The notes under the pieces were generated by a model. It ran no database searches and was not told the DNA's origin. It saw nothing but the letters and a program-made list of their open reading frames with translations. Both the position numbers and the translations under genes were made by a program. Positions 53,333 through 62,931 of a DNA stretch of 64,000 nt are shown one piece after another (position 1 is the stretch's first letter; each line of letters starts with the position of its first letter). Location of the stretch: positions 266,461 through 330,460 of the forward strand of contig CAWDAS010000009.1 of the NCBI GenBank assembly GCA_963800315.1, written 5' to 3'. Origin of the DNA: an uncultured Actinomycetota bacterium (lineage in GTDB: Bacteria > Actinomycetota > Actinomycetes > Mycobacteriales > Mycobacteriaceae).

Positions 53333-53531
53333 TGCTAGTGCGGGCCGGTCGGCCTAACTGTCCAGATAGGTTTCGACTACGTCAGAAAGCCGCATTCGTG
53401 GCCGATGCGCGGCGTCGGTCACTTCCGGCAACGTCGCGGCGGCCCGAAACTGCGGATCGCCGGCATAGAGTTGCTCGACACGCGCGGCCCGCCGTTGTTC
53501 TCAGGCCAGATCAGTGGTGGTGCCAAGTCAT
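53333..53531 (-). pseudogene. 5' stub of a carboxylic acid reductase (CAR/FadD9 family)
   Basis: AGGAGG RBS, ATG, then after a frameshift TTTDLA*EQRRAARVEQLYAGDPQFRAAA..MRLSDVVETYLDS*ADRPALA, matching the CAR N-terminal pattern RV..LYA.D.QF.AA...GYADRPAL. Confidence 0.75.
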
Positions 53532-53623
53532 TCGCGGCCTCCTCTCGCCACGGTCGAAGTCATGCGCACGCCGAGGCCGTACACCCGACCTGGCTCGGCC
53601 CGGTCAGGGCGGAAGTGCGTGGG

Positions 53624-54019
53624 TCAGCCGGTCTTGGTCAGCAGCACCGCTTGCTCGAACGGCAGTCTGGTGAAGATCGGCCGCCATCGGGGGGTGACAT
53701 GCGGTGCCGCCTGCGCCTTGCTGACCACCCTCGGGTCGGTGACGCCGAAGGTCTTTCCGTAACGACGCATCCGCCCCCCGCCTGCCGCGGTGATGTTTTT
53801 CAGCCAGTCGCGGTTGGGACCGTAGCTCAGCAATATCGCCACCCCGGGGCGCCCGTCGATGTCGGCGCTGAATACCGCTAACGGGGTGCAGTAGGACTTC
53901 CCGGAGCGCCTGCCGACGTGCTCGAGGATGGCGTGCGCCGGGATCCGGGCGGCCCACAGCCGCTGGATGGGGTTGGTGACATGCCGGTTGAACCGGGCGA
54001 GCCGTTGTGGAAGCTGCAT
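53624..54019 (-). CDS. F420-dependent (deazaflavin) nitroreductase family, copy 2 (Rv0523c-like)
   Basis: LEHVGRRSG, YGPNRDWLKN. Confidence 0.9.
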   Translation of the reverse strand: MQLPQRLARFNRHVTNPIQRLWAARIPAHAILEHVGRRSGKSYCTPLAVFSADIDGRPGVAILLSYGPNRDWLKNITAAGGGRMRRYGKTFGVTDPRVVSKAQAAPHVTPRWRPIFTRLPFEQAVLLTKTG

Positions 54020-54155
54020 ACGATATTAAACCTTTTAGGCGGTGGCCGGCCCCAAGCGTCCCGGGTTCGCTCGTCAACTCCCGGTGCCACGCTGGGCCGC
54101 GCCCCGCTGCCACGGTCCGGGCTGACTGGCCGCTCAACGATCGCCGTGATCCGCA

Positions 54156-54551
54156 TTACCCGGTCTTGGTGAGCAACACCGCTTGCTCGAACGGCAGCCT
54201 GGCGAAAACCCGCCGGACCCGGGATGTGACATGCGTTGCCGCTTCGGCCTTGCTGACCACCTGCGGGTCGGCGATGCCGAAGGTCTTGCCGTTGTGGCGC
54301 ATCCGCCCGCCGCCCGCCACGGTCAGGTTCTTCAGCCAGTCCCGGTCCGGGCCGTAGGTCAGCACAATCGCAAAGCCGGGCTTGCCGTCGACGGTGGTGC
54401 TGAACACGTTGACCGGTGTGCGGTACGTCTTGCCCGAGCGCCGTCCCGTGTGCTCCAGGATGGCGAACGGGGGCAGCCACCCGGCCCAGAGCCGCTGGAC
54501 CGGGTTGGTGACGTAACGGTTGAACCGGGCGAGACCCTGTGGCATTTGCAT
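54156..54551 (-). CDS. F420-dependent (deazaflavin) nitroreductase family, copy 1 (Rv0523c-like)
   Basis: MQMPQGLARF start; LEHTGRRSGKTYRTP, YGPDRDWLKN; 131 aa. Confidence 0.9.
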   Translation of the reverse strand: MQMPQGLARFNRYVTNPVQRLWAGWLPPFAILEHTGRRSGKTYRTPVNVFSTTVDGKPGFAIVLTYGPDRDWLKNLTVAGGGRMRHNGKTFGIADPQVVSKAEAATHVTSRVRRVFARLPFEQAVLLTKTG

Positions 54552-54622
54552 ACCGCTATCCAACCCGCGGACGGCTCCCGGTATCAACCCGCCATCTCGC
54601 GTCGGACGTCTAATGTCGTTCC

Positions 54623-54962
54623 GTGCCCGACTCACCGGGTGGCGAAGCCGCCCGGCGCGCCGAGGAGTTGCTGCGCGCCGAGGAGCTGCTGCGCGGGGAG
54701 GAGGAACTCGCCGCGGGGAAAGCCGTCACGGGGGAAGACGTCGAGCATGCCGCCGAACGGGCCGAGCGTGCCCACTAGCGTGACCTTGATGCGCACCGGC
54801 GTAGACCGGCGTCGCCACTACGAAGCCGGCGTCGTGCACGAGCGCGCCGCCGAAATTCAGGAACTCGCGGTTCAAGGGGGCCTTGGTGACGTCGCCGCTC
54901 ACCAACGCGCGGCGGATAGGGAACGAGAAGCCGCCCGCCGCGAGCACCTGGCAGCTCATTAA
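54623..54962 (+). pseudogene. Probable disrupted small charged helical protein
   Basis: MPDSPGGEAARRAEELLRAEELLRGEEELAAG..AERAERAH-TAG(54776)-RDLDAHRR, then +1 frame DRRRHYEAGVVHERAAEIQE..AARREHLAAH*. Confidence 0.55.
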
Positions 54963-55043
54963 GCCGACCGGCAGCAGCACGTGCAGCCCGTTCTGCTACA
55001 CCCTGTAGTTGAATGAGCCGCGGGGGCTGGGACACTAGTCGTC

Positions 55044-56396
55044 ATGGGAAGCAGTGACCGGGCGTCCGCGCCGGCCGGCGCGGCCACGACGGTGTCGGCC
55101 CGGCTGTTCGAGGACGCCTGCGCGGTCATTCCCGGCGGGGTGAATTCCCCGGTCCGGGCGTTCACGGCGGTGGGCGGGACCCCGCGTTTCATCACCGAGG
55201 CGAGTGGCTGCTGGCTGACCGACGCCGACGGCAACCGCTACGTCGACCTGGTCTGCTCCTGGGGCCCGATGATCCTGGGGCACGCGCACCCGGCCGTCGT
55301 CGACGCCGTCACCAAAGCCGCCGCGTCGGGCCTCTCGTTCGGGGCGCCCACCCCGGCGGAAAGCCAGCTCGCCGCCGAGATCATCGGGCGGGTGGCGCCC
55401 GTCGACCGGATACGGCTGGTCAACTCCGGCACCGAGGCCACCATGAGCGCGGTGCGGCTGGCCCGCGGGTTCACCGGCCGTGCCAAGATCGTGAAGTTCT
55501 CCGGCTGCTACCACGGTCATGTCGACGCGTTGCTGGCCGACGCGGGTTCCGGAGTGGCGACCCTGGGTCTGCCGTCCTCACCCGGGGTCACCGGCGCGGC
55601 CGCGGCCGACACGATCGTGTTGCCCTACAACGACGTCGACGCCGTGCGGCAGACGTTCGCCCGGTTCGGCGACCAGATCGCGGCGGTGATCACCGAAGCC
55701 AGCCCCGGCAACATGGGCGTCGTCCCCCCCGCGCCCGGCTACAACGCGGCGCTGCGCGAGATCACCGCCGAGCACGGTGCGCTGCTGATCATCGATGAGG
55801 TGATGACGGGGTTCCGGGTCAGCCGAAGTGGTTGGTACGGACTCGATCCCGTCGCCGCCGACCTGTTCACCTTCGGCAAGGTGATGAGTGGCGGTCTGCC
55901 CGCGGCCGCGTTCGGCGGGCGGGCCGAGGTGATGGAGCGGCTGGCGCCGCTGGGGCCGGTCTATCAGGCCGGCACGTTGTCGGGTAACCCGGTGGCCGTG
56001 GCCGCCGGCCTGGCGACGCTGCGCGCCGCCGACGACGCCGTCTACGCCACGCTCGATGCCAACGCCGACCGGCTGGCCGCGCTGCTCTCCGAGGCGCTGA
56101 CCGACGCCGGTGTGTCACATCAGCTTTCACGGGCCGGCAATATGCTCAGTGTGTTCTTCGCCGAGTCACCGGTGACCGACTTCGCGTCGGCCCGGGCCAG
56201 CCAGACCTGGCGTTACCCGCCGTTCTTCCACGCCCTGCTGCAGGCGGGCGTCTACCCGCCGTGCAGCGCGTTCGAGGCGTGGTTCGTCTCGACGGCGCTG
56301 GACGACACCGCCTTCGACCGGATCGCCGCGGCATTACCATTCGCGGCCCGTCGGGCCGCTGCCGCGGCCGCCCAAGCGGACGGACCCCATGGCTGA
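55044..56396 (+). CDS. hemL: Glutamate-1-semialdehyde 2,1-aminomutase
   Basis: [37 protein letters not shown]. Confidence 0.97.
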   Translation: MGSSDRASAPAGAATTVSARLFEDACAVIPGGVNSPVRAFTAVGGTPRFITEASGCWLTDADGNRYVDLVCSWGPMILGHAHPAVVDAVTKAAASGLSFGAPTPAESQLAAEIIGRVAPVDRIRLVNSGTEATMSAVRLARGFTGRAKIVKFSGCYHGHVDALLADAGSGVATLGLPSSPGVTGAAAADTIVLPYNDVDAVRQTFARFGDQIAAVITEASPGNMGVVPPAPGYNAALREITAEHGALLIIDEVMTGFRVSRSGWYGLDPVAADLFTFGKVMSGGLPAAAFGGRAEVMERLAPLGPVYQAGTLSGNPVAVAAGLATLRAADDAVYATLDANADRLAALLSEALTDAGVSHQLSRAGNMLSVFFAESPVTDFASARASQTWRYPPFFHALLQAGVYPPCSAFEAWFVSTALDDTAFDRIAAALPFAARRAAAAAAQADGPHG

Positions 56397-56997
56397 GAAA
56401 ACCCGAGTTCACGTGGTGCGGCACGGTGAGGTTCACAACCCCAGTGGCGTCCTCTACGGCCGGTTGCCCGGCTTCTACCTCTCCGAGAAGGGCAGGGAGC
56501 AGGCGGCCGCGGTCGCCGACGCGCTGGCTCACCGCGACATCGTCGCGGTGATCGCCTCCCCGCTGCAACGGGCGCAGGAGACCGCGGCACCCATCGCCGC
56601 CAAACACGACCTTGCGGTGGACACCGATCCCGATCTGATCGAATCGGCCAACTTCTTCGAAGGCCGCCGCGTCGGTCCCGGCGACGGCGCGTGGCGCGAC
56701 CCGCGGTTCTGGTGGCGGCTGCGCAACCCGTTCACACCGTCCTGGGGCGAGCCCTACGCCGAGATCGCGGCCCGGATGAACAGCGCGGTGGACAAGGCGC
56801 GCGCCCGCGGCGCCGGACAGGAGGTGGTGTGCGTCAGCCACCAACTTCCGGTGTGGACGCTGCGGCTGCAAGTGACCGGGAGGCGCCTCTGGCACGACCC
56901 GCGGCGGCGCGAATGCGGGCTGTGCTCGGTCACCACCCTGGTCTACGACGGCGACCGCCTGGTCGACGTCGAGTACACCCAGCCGGCGGGCGCTTGA
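56389..56997 (+). CDS. Histidine phosphatase family protein (Rv0525-like)
   Basis: [20 protein letters not shown]. Confidence 0.92.
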   Translation: MAEKTRVHVVRHGEVHNPSGVLYGRLPGFYLSEKGREQAAAVADALAHRDIVAVIASPLQRAQETAAPIAAKHDLAVDTDPDLIESANFFEGRRVGPGDGAWRDPRFWWRLRNPFTPSWGEPYAEIAARMNSAVDKARARGAGQEVVCVSHQLPVWTLRLQVTGRRLWHDPRRRECGLCSVTTLVYDGDRLVDVEYTQPAGA

Positions 56998-56999
56998 TC

Positions 57000-57629
57000 A
57001 TGTGGCGACTGGCGATGGCCGGGGTCGTGGTGACGACCCTCCTGGCCGGCTGTTCCGGTCGCGACGCGGTGGCCCAGGGCGGCACCTTCGAATTCGTCTC
57101 GCCGGGGGGCAAGACCGACATCTATTACGACCCGCCGTCGGGCCGTGGCCGCCCGGGCCCGCTGTCCGGGCCGGACCTGGCCGACCCGGCGCACACGCTG
57201 TCGCTGGACGACCCGATCTTCGCCGGCAACGTCGTCGTCATCAACGTCTGGGGGCAGTGGTGCGGGCCGTGCCGGGCCGAAGTCAGCCAGCTGCAGCAGG
57301 TGTACGACGCCACCCGCGCCGCCGGGGTGTCTTTTCTGGGCATCGACGTCCGCGACAACAACCGGCTGGCGGCGCTGGACTTCGTCAATGACCGCCACGT
57401 GACGTACCCGTCGATCTACGACCCGGCGATGCGCACCCTGATCGCGTTCGGCGGCAAGTACCCCACCACCGTGATCCCGTCCACGCTGGTGCTGGACCGC
57501 CAGCACCGGGTCGCGGCGGTGTTTTTGCGGGAGTTGCTGGCTGCGGACCTGCAGCCCGTGGTGCAACGCGTCGCGCAGGAATCCCCGGCGGGCCGGACCA
57601 CGCCGGGACGGTCGGATTCTTCGAGATGA
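57000..57629 (+). CDS. TlpA/ResA-like thioredoxin lipoprotein (Rv0526-like)
   Basis: Lipobox LLAGC; WCGPC. Confidence 0.92.
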   Translation: MWRLAMAGVVVTTLLAGCSGRDAVAQGGTFEFVSPGGKTDIYYDPPSGRGRPGPLSGPDLADPAHTLSLDDPIFAGNVVVINVWGQWCGPCRAEVSQLQQVYDATRAAGVSFLGIDVRDNNRLAALDFVNDRHVTYPSIYDPAMRTLIAFGGKYPTTVIPSTLVLDRQHRVAAVFLRELLAADLQPVVQRVAQESPAGRTTPGRSDSSR

Positions 57630-58405
57630 CCGGCTTCACCCAGATCGCCGCCGCCGGACCGCTGCTGGTGGCCCTCGGCGTGTGCCTGCTGGCGGGACTG
57701 GTCTCGTTCGCCTCACCGTGCGTGGTGCCGCTGGTGCCCGGCTACCTGTCGTATCTGGCCGCGGTCGTCGGCGTGGACGAGCAACCCCCGCCCGGAGCGG
57801 TACAGGCGCCACCGGGCGCCCGGTGGCGGGTCGCGGGGTCGGCGGCGTTGTTCGTGGCGGGGTTCACCACGGTGTTCGTCCTCGGCACCGTCGCGGTCCT
57901 CGGGATGACCACCACGCTGATCACCAACCAGCTGATGCTGCAGCGGGTGGGCGGGGTGCTGACCATCGTCATGGGGCTGGTGTTCGTGGGCCTCATCCCG
58001 GCGCTGCAACGCCAGGCCCGGTTCAGCCCGCGGCAGTTCACCACGGTCGCCGGCGCGCCGGTGCTGGGCGCGGTGTTCGCGCTGGGATGGACGCCGTGCC
58101 TGGGGCCGACGCTGGCCGGGGTGATCACCGTCGCATCGGCCACCGACGGCGCCAGCGTGGCGCGCGGAATCGTGTTGGTGATCGCGTACTGCCTGGGGCT
58201 GGGCATCCCGTTCGTGCTGCTGGCGTTCGGCTCGGCGGGCGCGGTGGCGGGCCTGGGCTGGCTGCGCCGGCATACCCGGGCGATCCAGATCTTCGGGGGC
58301 GCGCTGCTGATCGCGGTCGGCGCCCTGCTGGTCGCCGGGGTGTGGAACGACTTCGTCTCCTGGCTGCGCGACGCGTTCGTGTCCGACGTGAGGTTGCCGA
58401 TTTGA
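57626..58405 (+). CDS. ccdA: Cytochrome c biogenesis protein CcdA
   Basis: SFASPCVVPLVPGY, GWTPCLGP. Confidence 0.94.
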   Translation: MTGFTQIAAAGPLLVALGVCLLAGLVSFASPCVVPLVPGYLSYLAAVVGVDEQPPPGAVQAPPGARWRVAGSAALFVAGFTTVFVLGTVAVLGMTTTLITNQLMLQRVGGVLTIVMGLVFVGLIPALQRQARFSPRQFTTVAGAPVLGAVFALGWTPCLGPTLAGVITVASATDGASVARGIVLVIAYCLGLGIPFVLLAFGSAGAVAGLGWLRRHTRAIQIFGGALLIAVGALLVAGVWNDFVSWLRDAFVSDVRLPI

Positions 58406-60042
58406 GGAAGCTTCTCGCCTGGGCGCGCAACACCTGGCGCGCGTTGACCTCGATGGGCACCGCGCTGGTGCTGTTGTTCCTGCTGGCGCTGGGCGCGATA
58501 CCCGGGGCGCTGCTGCCGCAGCGCAGTCTGAACGCCGGCAAGGTCAACGATTACCTGAAGGCCCATCCCATGATCGGCCCCTGGCTGGATCGGCTGCAGG
58601 CCTTCGACGTGTTCTCCAGCTTCTGGTTCACCGCCATCTATGTGCTGCTGTTCGTGTCCCTGGTCGGCTGCCTCACCCCGCGGATGGTCGAGCACGCCCG
58701 CAGCCTGCGCGCCACTCCGGTGGCCGCCCCGCGCAACCTGGCCAGGCTGCCCAAGCACGCCGGCTCCCGCCTCCATGTCGGTTTAGGGGCCGGCCCCGCA
58801 GAGCTCAACGCCCTGGCCAACACCGTCACCCGGCGGCTGCGCGGGTGGCGCACCGCCATCCGCCACGCGGACAACACCGTGGAGGTGTCCGCCGAAAAGG
58901 GCTATCTGCGCGAATTCGGCAACATCGTCTTTCACTTCTCGTTGCTGGGTCTGCTGGTAGCGGTGGCCGTCGGCAAGCTGTTCGGCTACGAGGGCAACGT
59001 GATCGTCATCGCCGACGGCGGCCCCGGCTTCTGCTCGGCGTCGCCGGCCGCGTTCGATTCGTTCCGGGCCGGCAACACCGTCGACGGCACGTCGCTGCAC
59101 CCCATCTGCATCCGGGTGAACGACTTCCAGGCGCACTACCTGCCGTCGGGGCAGGCCACCTCGTTCGCCGCGGACATCGACTATCAGGACGGACGCGACC
59201 TGAGCGCCAACAGCTGGCGGCACTACCTGCTCGAGGTCAACCACCCGCTGCGGATCGGTGGTGACCGGGTGTACCTGCAGGGCCACGGCTACGCGCCCAC
59301 CTTCACCGTCACCTTCCCGGACGGGCAGACGCGCACGTCGACCGTGCAGTGGCGGCCCGACAATCCGCAGACCCTGCTCTCCTCCGGTGTGGCGCGCATC
59401 GATCCCCCCGCCGGCAGCTATCCCAACGCCAACGAGCGCCGCCAGCACGAGATCGCCATCCAGGGTCTGCTGGCGCCCACCGAGCAGCTCGACGGCACCC
59501 TGCTGTCGTCGCGGTTCCCGGCCCTGAACGCCCCCGCGGTGGCCGTCGACATCTACCGTGGCGACACCGGGCTGGACACCGGGCGCCCGCAGTCGCTGTT
59601 CACCCTGGATCCCCGGCTGATCGAGCAGGGCCGACTGACCAAGGAAAAGCGGGTCAACCTGCGCGCCGGCCAGCAAGTGCGGATCGACGCGGGCCCCGGG
59701 GCCGGCACCGTCGTCCGCTTCGACGGCGCGGTGCCGTTCGTCAACCTGCAGGTCTCCCACGACCCGGGCCAGACCTGGGTGCTGGTCTTCGCGATCACGA
59801 TGATGGCCGGGCTGCTGGTGTCGCTGCTGGTGCGCCGCCGCCGGCTCTGGGTGCGGCTGACACCCGCCGCCGAAGGTACGGTGAACGTCGAACTGGGTGG
59901 CCTGGCGCGCACGGACAACTCGGGTTGGGGCGACGAGTTCGAGCGGCTGACCGAGCGGCTGTTGGCGGGCCTCGGCGAAGCCGCCGACCGTGGCGGGGCA
60001 CCCACCGCGTCCAGAAGGAGCTTTCAGGTGGACGTCAAATGA
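58402..60042 (+). CDS. ccsB: Cytochrome c biogenesis protein ResB/CcsB (Rv0528)
   Basis: TTGA overlap; LTSMGTALVLL, GNIVFH, VNHPL, QVSHDPG. Confidence 0.92.
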   Translation: MRKLLAWARNTWRALTSMGTALVLLFLLALGAIPGALLPQRSLNAGKVNDYLKAHPMIGPWLDRLQAFDVFSSFWFTAIYVLLFVSLVGCLTPRMVEHARSLRATPVAAPRNLARLPKHAGSRLHVGLGAGPAELNALANTVTRRLRGWRTAIRHADNTVEVSAEKGYLREFGNIVFHFSLLGLLVAVAVGKLFGYEGNVIVIADGGPGFCSASPAAFDSFRAGNTVDGTSLHPICIRVNDFQAHYLPSGQATSFAADIDYQDGRDLSANSWRHYLLEVNHPLRIGGDRVYLQGHGYAPTFTVTFPDGQTRTSTVQWRPDNPQTLLSSGVARIDPPAGSYPNANERRQHEIAIQGLLAPTEQLDGTLLSSRFPALNAPAVAVDIYRGDTGLDTGRPQSLFTLDPRLIEQGRLTKEKRVNLRAGQQVRIDAGPGAGTVVRFDGAVPFVNLQVSHDPGQTWVLVFAITMMAGLLVSLLVRRRRLWVRLTPAAEGTVNVELGGLARTDNSGWGDEFERLTERLLAGLGEAADRGGAPTASRRSFQVDVK

Positions 60043-61025
60043 ATACCTTGCACGTCAACATCGGCTTGGCGCGCTACTCCGACTGGGCGTTCACGTCGGC
60101 GGTGGTGGCCCTGGTCATCGCGCTGCTGCTGCTGGCCTTCGAACTGGCCTACGTGGGCGGCCGCCGCGCCGACCAGCGCGAGCGGGTGTTGGCCGGTGCG
60201 GTCGCCGCGGACAGCGCCGCCCCCGGCATCGTGGTGGACACCCCGGGGCGGCCGTTCGACGAGCGGGTGGGGCGGGCCGGGCTGGCCGTCGTCTACCTGG
60301 GCATTGGGCTGCTGCTGGCGTGCGTCGTGCTGCGCGGCCTGGCCACCCTGCGGGTGCCGTGGGGCAACATGTACGAGTTCATCAACCTGACCTGCCTGTG
60401 CGGGCTGATCGCCGGGGCGTTCGTGTTGCGCCGCCCGCAATACCGGTCGCTGTGGGTGTTCCTGCTGGTGCCGGTGCTGATCCTGCTCACGGTGTCCGGG
60501 CGCTGGCTCTACACCAACGCCGCACCGGTGATGCCGGCGCTGCAGTCCTACTGGCTGCCCATCCACGTGTCGGTGGTCAGCCTGGGCTCCGGGGTCTTCC
60601 TGGTCGCCGGCATCGCCAGCATCCTGTTCTTGCTGCGCACCTCGCAGCTCGGCGACCCCGGCCCAGACGGCACCGACGGCGCCCTGGCCCGGATGGTGCA
60701 GCGGTTCCCCGACGCCCAGACCCTGGACCGGATCGCCTACCGGACCACCATCTTCGCGTTCCCGGTGTTCGGCTTCGGCGTCATCTTCGGGGCCATCTGG
60801 GCCGAGGAGGCCTGGGGCAGGTACTGGGGCTGGGATCCCAAGGAGACGGTGTCCTTTGTCGCCTGGGTGATCTATGCCGCCTACCTGCACGCCCGGTCGA
60901 CAGCGGGATGGCGGGACCGCAGGGCCGCCTGGATCAACGTTGCCGGGTTCGTGGCCATGGTCTTCAATCTGTTCTTCGTTAACCTGGTGACGGTGGGTCT
61001 GCATTCGTATGCGGGCGTGGGCTGA
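60039..61025 (+). CDS. ccsA: Cytochrome c synthase CcsA
   Basis: PWGNMYEF; WWD-domain WAEEAWGRYWGWDPKET; LHSY. Confidence 0.95.
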   Translation: MNTLHVNIGLARYSDWAFTSAVVALVIALLLLAFELAYVGGRRADQRERVLAGAVAADSAAPGIVVDTPGRPFDERVGRAGLAVVYLGIGLLLACVVLRGLATLRVPWGNMYEFINLTCLCGLIAGAFVLRRPQYRSLWVFLLVPVLILLTVSGRWLYTNAAPVMPALQSYWLPIHVSVVSLGSGVFLVAGIASILFLLRTSQLGDPGPDGTDGALARMVQRFPDAQTLDRIAYRTTIFAFPVFGFGVIFGAIWAEEAWGRYWGWDPKETVSFVAWVIYAAYLHARSTAGWRDRRAAWINVAGFVAMVFNLFFVNLVTVGLHSYAGVG

Positions 61026-61069
61026 TGATCAGCAGCAGGCCCGAGTAACTGCAACAAGGGGGAACGCAG

Positions 61070-62350
61070 GTGTCTGACGAGCAATCGACCGGCGTGGGAG
61101 CGCCGGATCATCCGACCACGCAGTTGCCACCCCAGGGGCCGCCATCGGGCGAGCAGCGGGCGGAGGACGTGGGCGAGGCGCCGACCCGCGCCTTTGCCGG
61201 ATTCCGCACCGAGCGGCGGGGCCCCGGCCCCGAGCGCAGGGAGCCGGCGCCGCCCACCGCGCCCGCGCCCGCCGGGATGCCGCACTGGGATTCCACACCG
61301 GTGACCGGCATTCCGCGCGTCGACCCCACCGCCTATGGCGCCTACTACGCCGGTCCGGCCGACGCGCCGCCGACCGAAGCCCCGCGGCGCCCCGAGCCGC
61401 TGCCGCACACGCCGTATCCGGAGCTGTCCACCAGCATGCTGTTGCGGCCGGTCAAGCCGCCGCCGTCGGAGGGCTGGCGCCGGTTGCTGTATGTGCTGTC
61501 CGGCGGGCTGATCAACGTCGGCGAGAGCCCCCGGGCCGCCCGGTACAACAACCTGGTGGCCCAGGTGAACCGGCCGTTGCGGGGGTGCTATCGGATCGCG
61601 CTGCTGTCGCTGAAGGGCGGCGTCGGCAAGACCACCATCGCCGCGACGCTGGGGGCCACCTTCGCCTCGATCCGCGGCGACCGGGTGGTGGCCGTCGACG
61701 CCAACCCCGACCGCGGCACCCTGAGCCAGAAGGTCCCGCTGGAGACGGCCGCGACGGTGCGTGAGTTGCTGCATGACGCCGGAACCATCGAGCGCTACAG
61801 CGATATCCGCCGGTACACCTCCAAAGGCCCGAGCGGGCTGGAAGTGCTGGCGTCGGAAACCGATCCGGCCGTGTCCGAGGCATTCAGCGCCGAGGACTAC
61901 GCCCGCGCCCTGGAAATCCTGGAGCGGTTCTACGGGTTGGTGCTCACCGACTGCGGCACCGGGCTATTGCACTCGGCGATGTCGTCGGTGCTGGACAAGG
62001 CCGACATGCTGATCGTCGTCAGCTCGGGATCCATCGATGGCGCGCGCAGCGCCTCGGCCACGCTGGACTGGCTGGACGCGCACGGGCACGAAGAACTGGT
62101 CCGCAATTCGATCGCGGTGATCAACGCGGTGCGCCCGCGGTCGGGCAAGGTCGACATGAACAAGGTGATCGATCACTTCTCCCGCCGGTGCCGCGCGGTC
62201 CGGGTGGTGCCGTTCGACCCGCACCTCGACGAGGGCGCCGAAATCAGCCTGGATCGGTTACGGCGGGGCACCCGCGAAGCTCTCGCCGAACTGGCGGCCG
62301 CCGTCGCCGACGGGTTTCCCGGCGACCAGCGCAACCCGGGGTGGGCTTAA
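61070..62350 (+). CDS. MinD/ParA-like ATPase with Pro-rich N-terminus (Rv0530-like)
   Basis: LKGGVGKTT deviant Walker A; DANPDRG; LTDCGTG. Confidence 0.9.
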   Translation: MSDEQSTGVGAPDHPTTQLPPQGPPSGEQRAEDVGEAPTRAFAGFRTERRGPGPERREPAPPTAPAPAGMPHWDSTPVTGIPRVDPTAYGAYYAGPADAPPTEAPRRPEPLPHTPYPELSTSMLLRPVKPPPSEGWRRLLYVLSGGLINVGESPRAARYNNLVAQVNRPLRGCYRIALLSLKGGVGKTTIAATLGATFASIRGDRVVAVDANPDRGTLSQKVPLETAATVRELLHDAGTIERYSDIRRYTSKGPSGLEVLASETDPAVSEAFSAEDYARALEILERFYGLVLTDCGTGLLHSAMSSVLDKADMLIVVSSGSIDGARSASATLDWLDAHGHEELVRNSIAVINAVRPRSGKVDMNKVIDHFSRRCRAVRVVPFDPHLDEGAEISLDRLRRGTREALAELAAAVADGFPGDQRNPGWA

Positions 62351-62356
62351 GAGGGC

Positions 62357-62518
62357 CTAGCGCGGATTGTTGTCCCCGTGACCTAACCGCCGCAAGAAAT
62401 CGGGATCGTCGTCGGGCCCGATGACGCGCGTCTTCGGCCGGTTGGCCTGTGACCGCGCCGCACGCCAGCCAACGTAGATCAGCGTCCCCAGGATCAGGAC
62501 GAGCAGCAGGTAGAGCAC
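62357..62518 (-). CDS. 53-aa small membrane protein (Rv0530A-like), absent from the ORF track
   Basis: MLYLLLVLILGTLIYVGWRAARSQANRPKTRVIGPDDDPDFLRRLGHGDNNPR. Confidence 0.85.
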   Translation of the reverse strand: MLYLLLVLILGTLIYVGWRAARSQANRPKTRVIGPDDDPDFLRRLGHGDNNPR

Positions 62519-62564
62519 TCAACACCTCCTTCGAGCGAATATACCCGCGCCGTAGGCTCGACTT

Positions 62565-62927
62565 GTGGCAGAAGCAGCGAGCGACAACAGCACTGGGGAT
62601 CACGCCGGGGACGGCAGGGGCGGCGGCCGCGCCGTCGTCGACGTCTTGCTCTACGCGGCGGCGCGGTTGCTGCTGGCGGTCGCGCTCGCCGGCGTCGTCT
62701 ACGGGGTCGCGCGGTTGCTGGGGGTCACCCAGTTCCCCCTCGTGGTCGCCGCGCTGTTCGCGTTGATCATCGCGATGCCCCTGGGCATCTGGGTGTTCAG
62801 CCCGTTGCGCCGGCGGGCCACCGCCGCGCTGGCGATCGCCGGCGATCGCCGGCGGCGGGAACGCGAACGGCTGCAGGCACGGCTGCACGGCGAGTCGGTG
62901 CCCGAGGAGGGGCCCGACGCGAGCTGA
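62565..62927 (+). CDS. DUF4229 membrane protein (Rv0531-like)
   Basis: LLYAAARLLL..IAMPLG..LRRRAT..RERLQARLHG. Confidence 0.85.
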   Translation: MAEAASDNSTGDHAGDGRGGGRAVVDVLLYAAARLLLAVALAGVVYGVARLLGVTQFPLVVAALFALIIAMPLGIWVFSPLRRRATAALAIAGDRRRRERERLQARLHGESVPEEGPDAS

Positions 62928-62931
62928 GCCG

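Noticed and set aside
54726-54980. 84-aa minus-strand ORF (MSCQVLAAGGFSFPIRR...)
   Set aside because: Better explained as the antisense of the plus-strand helical pseudogene; not fully excluded
57682-58401. 786-aa ORF suggesting a long N-terminal extension of ccsB
   Set aside because: The extension overlaps ccdA in another frame; the true start is TTG 58402 with TTGA coupling
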